A DNA stretch of 63,571 nt, filler included, from Kipferlia bialata (Eukaryota), in assembly GCA_003568945.1 (NCBI GenBank). It is 4 parts of 3 records of this genome, joined end to end, with 100 filler letters (N's around TTAATTAATTAA, not from the genome) between each part and the next. Parts side by side here need not be neighbours in the genome. Positions count along the whole stretch, not along the records: positions 1 to 13,599 come from BDIP01000185.1; 3 more parts are not named here. One strand, 5' to 3'. The notes under the pieces are model-generated. The model saw only the letters and a program-made list of their open reading frames with translations, was not told where the DNA came from and did no database searches. Of this stretch, positions 1 to 13,699 are shown one piece after another (the stretch's first letter is position 1; the number at the start of each line of letters is the position of its first letter). A program made the position numbers and the translations under genes.

Positions 1-79
1 TTCCAAAGGTATAAAAAAGGCCCCCCCCCCCCCCCCCCCCGCCCACCTATACAGTGATACTATACACCCCTCACCCCAG

Positions 80-181
80 GCCGAGATTGTGGATGAGGAG
101 AAGGCCAAGTCTAAGTCCAAGGCCAGGCACGGCAGCAGGGGCAGCGGGGACAGGGCCCCCAAGGCAAAGCGCAGGCGGTAG
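80..181 (+). CDS. Terminal exon of an upstream gene (basic C-terminus, unknown protein)
   Basis: Follows CTCACCCCAG 3' splice site (70-79). Reads AEIVDEEKAKSKSKARHGSRGSGDRAPKAKRRR-TAG, with an NLS-like end. Confidence 0.6.
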   Translation, partial: AEIVDEEKAKSKSKARHGSRGSGDRAPKAKRRR

Positions 182-385
182 ACTAGTGCCTACCCTCCCC
201 CCCCCCGCCTCCATCGTGTCTGTGTACAGGATTGGGTGGTCTCGTGTCAGTTTCGTTAGTGTGTTCCCTGTCTTTTATGTCTTTCCTTGTAGCTGTCCAG
301 TTGTCTTGAGGCATGCGTCGTGTTCCTAACTTATTAGAGTCGTTGTTGTTATGTGGCATTGTTCGGTTTGTTGGAGTGTTTGTTA

Positions 386-886
386 CTAGTGTACAGTTCT
401 ATTCATGATTGTAGTACGCCTTGATCCAGTCTTTCTTGTATGGGGGTCGTATACCGTGTCTACCATCCGAAATCCAGCCTTTCTCATCATGCCTGCTGAT
501 GGGGCATTATCCTCGTGTCTCCATATGTACACGGAGCGGTACCCCTTGTCACGTGCTTCCTCAACACACAGTGACAGCAGCCTAGTGCCCAAGCCCCTAC
601 CCGTGCACTGCCTACTCACCACCACCTCTGCCGCATAGCACATGCCCTTAAGGTCATCATACTGTGCCAGACAGTCGGGACACGCCTCACCCCTGACAAG
701 CAGAGCAAACCCCAGCAGACCCTGCCCCTCATACACACACAGTGCATCTGCATGCCCTGTGGATAGTAAGGACAGCTCAGAGTCTACAGCATCTGGGGGT
801 AGGCTGTTGTACTCACTCTCCCCATGGTCAAGAATGAATGCACGCAGCAACGGAACATCCTCACAGCTGGCCTTGCAGAAGCGCAT
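386..886 (-). CDS. GNAT-family N-acetyltransferase, intronless
   Basis: ORF from MRFCKAS. Acetyl-CoA motif A (VVVSRQCTGRGLGTRLL) and motif B (HEDNAPSAGMMRKAGF). No introns. Confidence 0.9.
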   Translation of the reverse strand: MRFCKASCEDVPLLRAFILDHGESEYNSLPPDAVDSELSLLSTGHADALCVYEGQGLLGFALLVRGEACPDCLAQYDDLKGMCYAAEVVVSRQCTGRGLGTRLLSLCVEEARDKGYRSVYIWRHEDNAPSAGMMRKAGFRMVDTVYDPHTRKTGSRRTTIMNRTVH

Positions 887-1309
887 ATGTAGTGGGTAGA
901 AAGACAGGGTTGTGTACATCGACCCAAGCACTCTATTATACACGGTTGCCGGTATGCGTGTAGGCTACACGCTAGAATATTACATAGGAAATACGATTAC
1001 AGCAGAGAGACTACATCGACCACCATCGCAATTGAACCAACCCAGCCAAGAGGGGTATGTACCGGTCGCAACCACCAATTGTAATGGTGTAATGCTAGCC
1101 TGAGGTAACGACACAAAGTGTGACAAGGCGAAACGCGTGGAATCTGACACATGGTCTCAGTCATAAGTATAGCCAGCCAGTCAGCACACTATCATGACGG
1201 TTCAGACTACATACGTGTACAATTACACTGGGGCCCCAAGTCTATGCACCAGGTGTCTATGTGATGCTCAAGGGATACAGTGAATATCTAGAACTCACTG
1301 CGAGTCTCT

Positions 1310-4300
1310 CTACCCCAGCCCCCCTGCCTGTTCCTGTATACGTGCAGTCAGTGCAATCTTCTCCTGCAGGAGGGCATCCAGCTCCTGCCTCACTGCATTG
1401 ATGCCATCCCTCTGGGCAGTGTATACATCTAAGACACCGCCTATGGCCTGGGGTTAGGCAGTGCAGATGGAAGGCACTGTCAAACACTATATGTATGGTA
1501 GACTAGTACATATAGACATATCTGAGACTAGATGCCTCATACCTGTATGGTACTATACCATACATATATACATATGGAGACACACCTGTCTCAGACCAGA
1601 TGTCTCATCTAGGTGTGTGTCAGTTGGGGCCTTACTGGTGGCACTCTCCATGGCACATGCCTCAAACAGAGCAACCTGGGGGTGAAAGAAAGTAGACAAA
1701 CCCATCGTAATTGTTCTCAATGTATACGCCTGCTGGTCCCTGACGTTGCCATTGATACACACATAGACATATAATAATAATATACACCTGCTGGTCCTTG
1801 ACGTTGTCATGGCCAAGAGCAAAGAGGATAGAGTGTGTCTACACGGTTGATTGTATATCCATACGATTGTACATATCCAGCCCTAACCTGCTGGTCCCTG
1901 ACGTTGTCGTCGCCGAACCCTATCATGACACCCAGGGTCGTGTGGAGCTTCCTGTTGGCCTCCTCCCTAGAGGACACAGCCTCATTGGCACATCGCTCCC
2001 TGAGTGTGTACTCTGCCACGCACTGCTGGGTGTGCTCAATCTGATACAGTGAGTAAAGGTGTGACATGTAACAACACACCCAGTTTGACCAATAATACAC
2101 GATACACCTATCCATACCTGTCTCTCCAGCTTCCCTACCACTGCCTGGGTGGCGTCCCTGACCGTGTTCATATGGGCTATCTCCACCTTGTCACACTGTG
2201 TCTTCAACTGCTCAATGTGCTGCAGGAGAAGATACCTCTCTGCCTGTATCCATCTATAGGCAGCAGAGGGGATAGGGGGATGGGCTGACTGTGCTCTCTG
2301 GGTCTGTCTGGCCTTAGTAGGGGCTGCCATGAGCCTTGTCAGTGCCGCCTCACTCTCCCTGTGCCTTGTCAGCCTGTCCTGCCTATCTAAGTGCAGTCTA
2401 GCTGACGCAGCCTCTGCCCTATACATCTGGTCCAGCACACACACCCTCCCATCCCTCTCCACCCTGGCTAGTCTCAGTCTCTCTCTCTCCTCCTCCATCC
2501 TCAGCTGATGCATCCTCTCCTGGGACTCTCTTCTGATGGAGGCATCTGTCTCTGCCTCTTGGATACGCGTGGCCATCCCAGCCTGTAGTCTGTCACTCTC
2601 TGCCTTGGAAATGGTCTCCCCAGTGTGTCTAGAGGCAGATGCCTGGCCCCTGGGGTAAGATGTATACGAATATGAGAATGAGACAAGTCAGAAGAGAAAC
2701 AACAGTGGAGAGTCGTGTATACACTACAAAGAAATCTATATATCTATACACTACAAAGGGTTGATGAAAAGTATATATCCCCACCTGTGGAAGAGCCTGT
2801 CCACCAGAGCAGTGCTCCCGAGAGAGGCCATGTCCACATCCCCTCCCCCTGCCCCTCCCTGACCCATGGCACTAGGAGGCATACTGTTGAGACTACCTAT
2901 AGACAGGGCACCCTGGCTCTGGTGGTCTGGGTACTGGTGCATCCCACCCTGGGAGGGCTGCCTCTCTAGGGAGTGGGCACCTGTCGACGTCTGTCTGCGG
3001 TGTCTCAGAGACCCACAGGAGTCACCATCCTCTGCCCCATCATACTCGTCTCTCATGTCTCTCTCCCTCTGTCTCTGCCACTCTGCCCTGGCCCTATTGT
3101 CATCAGGGGCCACTCCAAACACGTCCATACCCACTGCCTCATGCACCCCTGCGTCGAAGGAGGGGATACCCACCCCATGCCCCATACTCATGCTGCCCAT
3201 CCCATAGGAGGCACCCATGGGGGACCCGAACGATGCGGCATAGGGGGAGTCTGCATGATCCTGGAGGCTGTCTGTGAAGAGGCCCCTGAGGGAGGAGGGA
3301 ACAGCAGGGGAGGCTGGCGCAAGGGGTGAGGCAGGGACAGGCGGGCAGAGGTCGGAGCCGTCGCTCTCAGACTCACTGAGACACACCTCCTCCATACCCA
3401 TACCCATGTCTATGCCTATGTCCATGTCCATATGGGGTGTGACGTCTGACATATCGGATCTGGAGGGTGAGAGGAGAGTCATGTAACAGTGAGAGAGACT
3501 CTAGAGACACACACAGTACCTCGCTGTCTCCGACCCCTCCATGTGCTCAGACCCCATGCTACCCTCTACACCCACATCATCATCTGAGTGGAAGGTGTCG
3601 CTCTCGCTGCACCCCGTCAGCCACGACATGTCCACATCCCTCTGCAGCCTTGTGGGTCTCGGTCTAGAGACATTTAGCGAGGGGGTGTCCCTCTCAGAGT
3701 CAACATCGGAGGTGTCCTCTCCCGTCATCCCACTCTCCCCACTCCCTGCAAACCTGTCAGTGTCAGTCTTAGTATCATAAGTAGTAGTATCAGTGTCTCC
3801 CCCTCCCTGCGTACCTAGCACTCACAAAGGTCGATGCCAGCCCCACCACACTGGACCTACCCCCCACACTATCCCTTGGTCCACCCACGGCACTCACCCC
3901 CAGGTCCACCCCAGAGGTGGCTCTGCCTATCACGGCTATGGCGTCTGTCCCCCCTGTCAGTCCACCGTTGTGCGGCACGACTAGCCCGAGGGAGGTGGGT
4001 GTGGGGTAGTGGGTACCGTTGAAGAGTCCAAACACAAAGGAGTCGCCCTTCTTGGTGAACACACACGAGTAGTAGGCACCAGCTGCCACAGCGGCAACAC
4101 TCACACCACAGGACACAGGGCCAGAGACAGCCTTGCCTCTGAGGGGTGAGGGATTGTAGAGAGAGAGAGAGAGAGAGAGACACTCCCTCACCAGAGTGGA
4201 GATACAAGATATATATACACTCAGAAGAACACTCCCCATACCTAGCATTGGGGCCACACTGCCCGTGGTCATTGGAGCCAAATGCATAGCAACAACCCCT

Positions 4301-7300
4301 ACTGTCCACTATGATGGTGTGGTCATAGCCACAGGCCACATACACAATCTGGGGTGGGGGTGGTGTGATACTATAGGGTAAGATATACACGGAAGCATCG
4401 TACCTTAGCTCTGTTTAGTGACACGGGCACAGCCTCCATACAGGCCTGGGGGTGAGTACGGGTAGGGATGGGGTAGAGACTCCAGCGAATAGCACCATAT
4501 ATACCCGTACCTCACTCATTGGTACCATCTTGGTATGTACCAGACCCAGCTGCCCCTTGCTGTTATCACCCACAGCATAGATCTCACCGGTGGTACTACA
4601 GGGTGAGAGGGGGAGGGGGGAGGGGTATCATGCAGTCCCACTAACACTCACTCAGCCTGCCACCACTCGTACTACAGGGGACTATAGGGGAGTATGATAT
4701 ATACACCCACTCACCCTGCCACCACGACTGCGTGCCTGGCCCCTGCCTTGACCAAGGATGCCCCACAGGGTAGGGGGAGGGTGACACCGGTGGGTATGGA
4801 CAGAGAGGACATGCCCTGGATGGGTATGTGGCCATGCATGCAGACGGCACCGGTGGAGAGGAGGGTGCATACAAACCTAAAGGGGAGAGGGAGGGGGGAG
4901 GAGGGGGGAGTGATATGTATGTATGAGAACCCCCGCTCACCTCTGTCCACATGCTATACCCTCTACATGCACAGGGGTAGATGTCTGCTTGGAAGGGGAA
5001 ACATAGTCAGGGTGGTGGGTCGCAGAGACCGACCGCCTCCCCCCCTCCCCCTCTGCCCCCTCTCTGGGCTCAGGCCTCACCCCCTGCTCCAGCCCCCTCA
5101 GTCTCATGGGTCTGTGGATGCAGTAGGAGTCCTTGGGGTCGGCAGGGGCCTCTGGCCGGTGGATGGTCTGAGCCTGGGGGGTCGGAATGGTGGATAGATG
5201 TATAGAATATATGATGATAGTATACACACCTTTGGGTACATGTACCGCTGCATGTAGTCTGAGTGCACGTCCTCTGCATGTGACCTAGGGACAGGACAGG
5301 AGGGGTCCATGCCCATCTGGCCGTAGTTGAGACCAAACCCATACACCTGGGGTCACATTACCTGCTATCTACACTTGTCACACTACTATCGGTACCTGCT
5401 TGTCACTGTTGACGACAATCGTGTAGTGCCTGCCACATGCTGCTCTCTCCACAACGCCTGAGAGGTGAGAGGGAGATAGAATGAGTGACAGATGTGTAAT
5501 GACACTGAACTCCATAAATGACTTGTATTTGTGCATGTGTATATACACATACCTGATATGCCCTTGACCCTCAGAGGCACAAGAGCAGCCTCGATGCCTG
5601 GTATTGGTCATGTAGACGGGAGGGGAGGGTAGAGAGAGGATATATAGAGGACATGGCCGGTCACTAGCTATCGCCAACCCACCTGGCAGTCCCAGAGCCG
5701 TGGCCACTATGTATATATCTCCATGATAATGTATATATTGATAATGTATATATTGATGATGTATACATTGCCAGTAGTACCTGGCAGTCCCAGGGCTGTG
5801 GCCACGTTGGTGCCGAAGGACAGGAGGCACCCACCCACCACAAGCACACCGAAGCCATCACCTGAGGGTAGAGTATGGTGAGTGTATTTGGTAGTGTATG
5901 GGGAGACAATGGGAGTCATCAGTATCAAGAAATTAGAAACAAAGAGAGAGGGAGAGAGGGAGAGCGGGGGACGGGAGGTGGGTACATGCTAGAGAGAGAG
6001 GAGGGGAGTGTCTCCACATATACCCACAGCAAAGAGAGAGGATACACCCACCTAGAGACACTGTGTCTGGGGTGGCAGCCAGGGTGCTAGATATGACATG
6101 GCTGAGCTGGTCCAGTCGTGTCATGGACTCCATGCCCATGCCATAGCCCTCTGAGAGTCAAAGTGAGATATTAGATATATATAGGAGATAGATAGGGGGA
6201 TAGAGAGAGAGAGAGAGAGAGATCATGGACTCCATGCCCATGCCATACCCCTCTGGTGTAAGTGATGTGGAAGCTGGATAGGGAGAGAGAGAGAGGGGGG
6301 GGGGGAGAGAGAGACTCCATGCCATACCCCTCCGGGGGTCAGAGTAGTACATGGGAGATGGATACGGAGAGAGAGAGAGAGAGAGAGACGGAGACAGAGA
6401 CAGAGCGATTCCATGCCATACCCCTCTGGGGATCAGGTTTGGATTGGAAGATATAGAGGAAGATGGATAGAGAGAGAGAGATGACTTGTATAGGAAGGTA
6501 TAGATAGATGGGGGGGATTCCTCTGGGGGTCAGACTAGTATAAAAATGTATATAGGTAGATTGAGAATGGGGGGGGGGGGGGGGGGGGGGGGCCCCCGCC
6601 AAACCCCCCTNNNNNNNNNNNNNNNNNNNNNNNNNNNNNNNNNNNNNNNNNNNNNNNNNNNNNNNNNNNNNNNNNNNNNNNNNNNNNNNNNNNNNNNNNN
6701 NNNNNNNNNNNNNNNNNNNNNNNNNNNNNNNNNNNNNNNNNNNNNNNNNNNNNNNNNNNNNNNNNNNNNNNNNNNNNNNNNNNNNNNNNNNNNNNNNNNN
6801 NNNNNNNNNNNNNNNNNNNNNNNNNNNNNNNNNNNNNNNNNNNNNNNNNNNNNNNNNNNNNNNNNNNNNNNNNNNNNNNNNNNNNNNNNNNNNNNNNNNN
6901 NNNNNNNNNNNNNNNNNNNNNNNNNNNNNNNNNNNNNNNNNNNNNNNNNNNNNNNNNNNNNNNNNNNNNNNNNNNNNNNNNNNNNNNNNNNNNNNNNNNN
7001 NNNNNNNNNNNNNNNNNNNNNNNNNNNNNNNNNNNNNNNNNNNNNNNNNNNNNNNNNNNNNNNNNNNNNNNNNNNNNNNNNNNNNNNNNNNNNNNNNNNN
7101 NNNNNNNNNNNNNNNNNNNNNNNNNNNNNNNNNNNNNNNNNNNNNNNNNNNNNNNNNNNNNNNNNNNNNNNNNNNNNNNNNNNNNNNNNNNNNNNNNNNN
7201 NNNNNNNNNNNNNNNNNNNNNNNNNNNNNNNNNNNNNNNNNNNNNNNNNNNNNNNNNNNNNNNNNNNNNNNNNNNNNNNNNNNNNNNNNNNNNNNNNNNN

Positions 7301-7729
7301 NNNNNNNNNNNNNNNNNNNNNNNNNNNNNNNNNNNNNNNNNNNNNNNNNNNNNNNNNNNNNNNNNNNNNNNNNNNNNNNNNNNNNNNNNNNNNNNNNNNN
7401 NNNNNNNNNNNNNNNNNNNNNNNNNNNNNNNNNNNNNNNNNNNNNNNNNNNNNNNNNNNNNNNNNAGAGAGGGGGGGTGGGGGGGGGGGGGGGGGGGGGG
7501 GGGGGGAAGGATACTATACTAACCTGACTTTGGCTGCAGCCACTGGTACTCATAGCCCCCTGTTGCATGGGTAGGGCAGATGTAGGTGTCAGGTTCCAGT
7601 CCAAAGCTGAGTGTCAGAGATATATCACGCGACTAGTCAGGGAGGCAGTGCCTCCCGGAGGCACTCGAGAGAGAGACCCACATACATCTGTGCACACACA
7701 GAACCTGGAAATACAAATCCTGGTAACAT
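1310..7729 (-). CDS. RCC1-repeat beta-propeller protein with low-complexity linker and C-terminal coiled coil (multi-exon, spans N gap)
   Basis: Spliced exons give RCC1 repeats: VKAGARHAVV/EIYAVGDNSKGQLG, VACGYDHTIIVDSRGCCYAFGSNDHGQCG, VAAGAYYSCVFTKKGDSFVFG, AACGRHYTIVV. Coiled-coil exon at 1923-2576. Stop TAG at 1310-1312. Putative first exons at 7729-7686 and ~7607-7525 lie beyond the gap and are less certain. Confidence 0.8.
6611..7465. other. Assembly gap (N run) flanked by poly-G tracts
   Basis: Continuous Ns with G homopolymers on both sides. Confidence 0.99.
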
Positions 7730-8959
7730 AATATCATGCTGTCAGAAAACCATGATGTCGCGTTGTAGTGTCGAAATGGATTTAGAGTGTACTAATGTAG
7801 GGCCAAACCAGCTACCTTACATCAGCGTTGGGGCACGAGAAGGTCGATGCACTAGCAGCGAACAAGCCTAATAGCACCAGGTATATGCATACCCAGTGAC
7901 GCATCTGAGACAGAGAGGCTACTGTGCACAAGAGACTCGAGTCAGTTGAGCATATGCGTAATTTTTGGGTTGCCCCCCTTTTAGTTTTCTTTACTACTCA
8001 GAACAAGACAGTCGCTCGTTCCACCGTCTATGGTACTTAACCAGGGAGGGCGGCTAGTCACAGCCGTTTATATCATTCATATATCAAGTTGCTTTGCGTA
8101 GGAATCCGTATTTGGACCCTTCTTTCCAGCAGAGACTGTCGCGCAGTGAGAAGCAAAGGTTTGACCCGTGAAGTCATATCCTCGGAGGCAGCGCAACTAG
8201 GCAGGATATGTGGAGTGCGTGGTTTCTAGCCACTGAGCAATGAAAGGTCTAGCTCCACGCTACAATATGTGAGAGTCCGATTTCGGCTAGTAGAGATAGC
8301 CTAGCACTGTCACTGTCAAGGAGCTTTCCGATTGAGGAGATGAGGTCTCTTCATCATGAAGTGGAGTAACACATACATCGTCCATGATAAGGAAGCCGAG
8401 CCAATAGGCCATTTTGCCTACAAGCAACACCCCATTCACACCTCAATATATGAATACATCTCAAGTATTATTCTTGGCTTGATAGCCGCCCATGACATCG
8501 ATTCTCAGTCTCGTGTACGGTCGCCGGTGAGTGACTGGCGACCTGCTGTCCCATCATGTAAGAACATGATTCATGCTCTATGCAAGAGACTCTACGACGC
8601 CAACAGCTCTTCGATAAGATTGTAATATACAACAAAAATGCATATATATACCATTTGAACACATGGACTGCCAGTTCCCTGAGCTATCGGTGGTATATCG
8701 AGTATAAGTCAGTCTACTATTACAGGCAACGTCTACTAACACCTTGTGACTGAACGAAAAACAGAAATGCAAAATGAAGAGGTCTCTTATAGAGACCCTG
8801 TCCTACTGACGTAACGTGAACAGTATTTCGGCTCTATTCCTATCAGAGATATACTGCAATGAGTATGATCAGATAGACTACTCTATTAGTTCCCATTGGT
8901 CAGCCAATACCATGCAAATTCAAGTGCTCCACAGAATGTAACACTATGTCAGTGGGGTC

Positions 8960-10037
8960 TCACTCCTTCTGCCCCAAGATGGCGTTAGGTGGAATGATGC
9001 CCCATCTCATGTCTGGGTGTGGGTACACCAGGCCAGGGTCTAGATAGTGCAGCTGATAGTGCTCACCTGGCCTGCCCGACCAGACTGCTAAGGAGGGGAA
9101 GAAGACACCGTCCTCACACTCGAAAGTTGTACTGTCATACTGTGTGATCTCGCCAGATATGGTGTCTAATCCGTACCAGTCCCATTTGCCAGAGAAAGTA
9201 GTCGATAGAGTGACTATCAGGAGGAAGTGGCCAACGGCCATAGTCTGGCATCTGTATACATGCCTTGGTAGTCTAGCCTCCTCAACCCACCCAGTTCTCT
9301 CGGAAAACGAGACTATCCTACTGTCTCGAGTGAAAACATATGCACGGGAACCCAGACAACATGAAGGCGTACTAATATCGCTATCCACTGGGATCCTAAG
9401 TAACTTCCACTCCTCGTACCGTCTGTCCGGATCAAAGGTCCACATCTGCACACTATTCCCTGATGCACCTCTGAACCAAACTCGCATGAAACAGCGGTCC
9501 TCAAGTGCAAACACGTCCCGACGTATCAACTGATCCAAATCAAAGGGATGTAGCGTGTGTACTCGAGAGACTTCCATAGAGTCCAGCTCTAGCTTCAGAA
9601 GGACACGGTTACAATCGCACGCGTACAACACGCCCCCTACTGTAAATGTAGAACGTGGTGCCTTGCAGAATAGGGCTGTGTGGTGCTCTATGACGTCAGA
9701 TGCCCTCAGAGTCAGGGTGTGCATGTCTCCCGATACCACATCTAGGTAGGCCAGCGAGTTGGCACCAACCGTTGTGCCTTCGACTCGAGTAATTTCACAC
9801 TCTGGTACAACTTGAGAGGTTGTGACATGTGCGCAGAACAGAGGGTTGTGTGGCATGTAACGTCCAATATAGCGACTTAACTTGTTTCTGAGAAGGAACA
9901 GTGGTGTGTCTTGTATCTACTGCCACACACAATACGATATCACTCACGTGACGCCATCTTTCACCGAGTACGGTGACCCTCAGTCGTTTCAAAGCTTGGA
10001 TCCACTGCTGTAAAGTACAATTGGGATAGGTTGGCAT
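8960..10037 (-). CDS. Divergent kelch/beta-propeller-like protein (large exon 8960-9856, probable short 5' exon)
   Basis: 298-aa ORF with blade-like segments (TFTVGGVLYA, MWTFDPDRRYEEW, LGSRAYVF, WYGLDTISGE). GTGAGT donor at 9947 after a 30-codon ORF. The 5' structure is uncertain. Confidence 0.55.
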
Positions 10038-10471
10038 GGCTCTAGAGTGCTACACTGTAGATTCATCTGAATGTGACATAGGACTGAGTATACTGTTTTT
10101 ATATTTGTTATGTCTCGCTGACTGTCAAACAACTCTGGCAACTGATAGTGTACAACAACAGACAGGCCAGCAAGAGAATTCCCAACTCCTCGACTAACGC
10201 GGAACGACATACAGCAACACTGTCGCCCCACCAACACAAAAGACACCACAACATAGCAACCGCCCTCTTCCCGACCCAAGTCCATAAGGGGAGGGGCTAA
10301 TAAGTAGATACCGCCCTCTGACGGTAACGGGTCCGCCAACTATCGTTGAAGGACACCCCAAAAGCACACAAAGCTTGGTAATAATGATACAAAATCGTCA
10401 CAACGCAGTGCAGAAACGAGGGGTAGATACACCCCATCGCTATGCGCCACGGGACTCTGTGTGAATATAGT

Positions 10472-13400
10472 CTACAGCCACCTGTCCTGCTGTGACAGGA
10501 CAGAGCAGCACCGGGGAGGGGGGGTGCCGCCTGGGGTGAGGGGATTGAGTATGAGAGAGAGTACATATATACTAGTATGTGTGTGAATACCTAGGCCTGT
10601 CCCCCCCACGAGGTCCTCTGTGAACTGGGACTCATCGAACACAGTGTCGCCATGACCAGAGTACACCTGGAAGGTCTGGGGTCAGAGGGGGTACTAATAT
10701 ACACATATTCATATGCAGTGTAAGACCCAGGTGTATTCACACACATAAACATAAGCATACATTGTACAGTAGCGTGTGTACCTCCTCGGGTGCCTTGGCC
10801 CCTGTGTCCCCCAGGAAGTCAGAGGGGTGGGGGTGGTCGGCTGAGGGTCAGAACAGAGAGTAGAGAACTTGTTTGGACATATCAAGTGTGGCACATAACT
10901 CTAAAAATGTAAATATGTATAGTGACTATCGTGTACCTGTCTCGAGGTCCTGTAGGGCAGCTAGGCCATCCTCCACTGGATGTAAGAAAGGTGATAGTGA
11001 GGGGGGACAGTGATATAAGACACAGAGTGAGAGTCACTCAGAGAGAGACATGGCTTCACTCACCCACGTCACCGTCAGGGAAGATGTCGGCGGCTCTCTG
11101 GCCAAGGGCAAGTCTAGGAGTAAGCAATAGGGTAGGGGGGGGGGGAGGGGGATAGAAACAGAGCATCCCAGTAGAGTGGTGACATAGTACATAATGACGC
11201 GTCTGTCGTTGCCCACCTTGAGTCTGGTCTGTCGACGAGTATACTGGACACTGCCCTGACATCGAGGCCGTCCAGCCCCACCCCTCTCCCCCTCCCTGCC
11301 CCCTTTCTCTCTCTCTGCCCCATGGTCAGCATAGATACCCCGGCTATGGACAGACCGCAGATGGAGGCACGGCGGGCCCTGTCTCGGTTGGGGCCAGTGC
11401 CGATGGTGTTCTGGGGTCAGGCATAGGTAGATGGATATACAAATACAGGTGTACATATAGAGGTGAGACACATACAAGTGAATGCTGTGCTACACACATA
11501 AAACAGGTGTAGTTCTAATAGTCACTCAGATATACCACGCACCCTTCTGTTTAGTGCCGGTGTGGGGTGTGCCGTGACTGTCCTGGACACGGCAGGGCAC
11601 TTGCCAACCTGCGTCACACTGCCTAGGGGGTCAGACGGAGAGGGAGAGAGAGAGGTGTGTGAGAGAGAGAGAGTAGTAGGATTCACACTCCCAGAAGAAT
11701 GAGGAGACGGAGAGGACTGTTCAGTTACGAGTATGCTTGTATGTACATTTGTCTATGTGTCTTCCCTACCTGGGACAATGCCGTACATGGCCTTGGACTG
11801 GTTGGACATGGATGAGGATGGTCTGCGGGAGGGATCAGCATCAACGGCAGAGTGGTCTATCAGACGGCGGCTGGGGTGAGGGGGATGGCAGCATGAGAGA
11901 GAGAGAGAGGCAGGCCACGTACCGGCGAGTGTTGAGTGAGCGTGTGAGCCTGACACCCGTGTCGTGTCTATCTCCATGTCTGTGTCCATGTCTGGACCCT
12001 ACCCTGCTGGAGGGCCGGTCGTGGCTGCTCTCCTGGGGGTAAGGGATAGTCGTATGTATATAAATCAATATATACTGACACTGATACTATATGAAGTTGA
12101 TCGTGGCTGCTGTCCTAGGTATTAAGTACACATACGTGTATATATATACACTATATATATAGTGTACCTTAGTGATGTTGGCGCAGCACCGCAGCTCCCT
12201 CTCCACCTCCAGGTCCAGCTCTCGGTCCTTGTCCTGCTTGTCTCTCTCTCTCTCTCTCTCCCTGTCTCTCTCCCTCTCCTCCTCATCTACCACAATGCTG
12301 TCTCCAAACCCTGACCCGATACTGCCAACCAGGCTGTCGCCGTCTCTCTCTCTCTCTCTCTCTGTCTCCATGACACTATCATCTGCATCGCCTAGGACTG
12401 ACCCTAGCAGCACAGACTGGAACCCACTCGAGTTCAGGGGGGCAACACCGCTAAAGGAGAACTGACTGGGGGTAGAGAGGGGAGAAGAGTATAATACGCA
12501 GTGTAGGGAATAAGGATGCCTACCTGCAGTTGATGCTCTCTGTGATGCTCCCGTCCATGTCGCTCTCCCTGCCTCTCTCTCTCTCTCTCTGCTTGCCTCT
12601 TTCAAGGGAGGTCAGACGCTGGAGTGAGGGTGTGTGGGAAGTATATGAGAACACATACTATACACACACATACATCTACTAGCATACCTGGCATATAGTG
12701 GACGCCGGCCTGACCACGTGTGTCCTCTCCCTGTTGAATGACCCACTGTCAGCCATGCCGACTGCAGTGGAGGGAGAGTAGAAGGGTGAGGGAGGGGGCA
12801 GGGGGGACCCAGTACCGGGGGGGAGGGGGGACGCAGGGGCGGCATCTGGGGGTGAGGTTGTGACACGTACTCATACCATATACATACATATATATATATA
12901 CATATGTCACCATGCCCCTCACCCTCCAGCCCGTCCAGGCTCTGATGGCTGTGTGTGTTGGACCTGACTAGGAAGGGACTGGCCACAACAGTGCCCTCGC
13001 CCAGGCTCAGCTAGGATGAGAAACATGCACTATACACTACTCTGAAGAGTATAGCCACTTACTTGTAGTACACTAAAAGAGTGTAACACACAGTACCTGG
13101 CTTGTCCTCCCCCCCTCAATACCAGAGGCATAGAGACCAGACTGGGCCTGGGGGTCTGCCTCATTGTCCCCCTCCCCTGCCCTCTCTCTCTTCCTGCCCA
13201 GTGCCATGGCCATCGAGATGTCACCCACACTCTGGGGGTCAGAGAGGGAGGGGAATACATACACACCCACCCATATATATACTCATTGACAGACACACAG
13301 AGAGAGAGAGTGTGTGAGAGTGTGAGGGTGTGGTACCTGTGAGCGTGGCAGTGACTGAGACATAGACCTCTGTGTGTCTGTCCCTCTGTGGTATGAGGAG

Positions 13401-13540
13401 GTGGAGCCCATGGCAGAGGCAGCGGCCTTGCCTGACAGTTAGTCTCTTTCTCTCTCTCTCTCTCTATCTATGTATACATATATACACACACACACACATA
13501 TATATATATACCCCACCTGATATGGCTGTGTTCCACATCC
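10472..13540 (-). CDS. Multi-exon gene, unknown low-complexity protein with ER repeats (5' end lost at contig end)
   Basis: Regular GT donors and YTNAC..YAG acceptors on the minus strand. Open exons include FSFSGVAPLNSSGFQSVLLG...ERERE and TFQVYSGHGDTVFDESQF. Stop at 10472-10474. Confidence 0.6.
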
Positions 13541-13547
13541 TACTCTG

Positions 13548-13599
<52 letters not shown>

Positions 13600-13699
13600 N
13601 NNNNNNNNNNNNNNNNNNNNNNNNNNNNNNNNNNNNNNNNNNNTTAATTAATTAANNNNNNNNNNNNNNNNNNNNNNNNNNNNNNNNNNNNNNNNNNNN
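13600..13699. other. Artificial contig linker N-TTAATTAATTAA-N
   Basis: 100-nt spacer with a six-frame-stop 12-mer at 13644-13655. Identical linkers occur at 40204 and 52497. Confidence 0.97.

Noticed and set aside
1257..1298. Possible 42-nt 3'-UTR intron (GTGAGT..ATCACATAG) just after the RCC1 gene stop
   Set aside because: The motifs are short and could be chance. It cannot be supported without transcripts.
6339..7604. Long ORFs of 421 and 342 aa
   Set aside because: Artefacts of the N gap and poly-G/C tracts.
7955..7990. Sm-site-like AATTTTTGG suggesting an snRNA
   Set aside because: No U1, U2, U4 or U5 hallmark (5' splice-site pairing, GUAGUA, loop I GCCUUUUAC) and no convincing flanking stem was found.
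13644..13655. TTAATTAATTAA palindrome repeated three times inside N runs
   Set aside because: Artificial six-frame-stop contig linker. Gene adjacency across these points is not biological.
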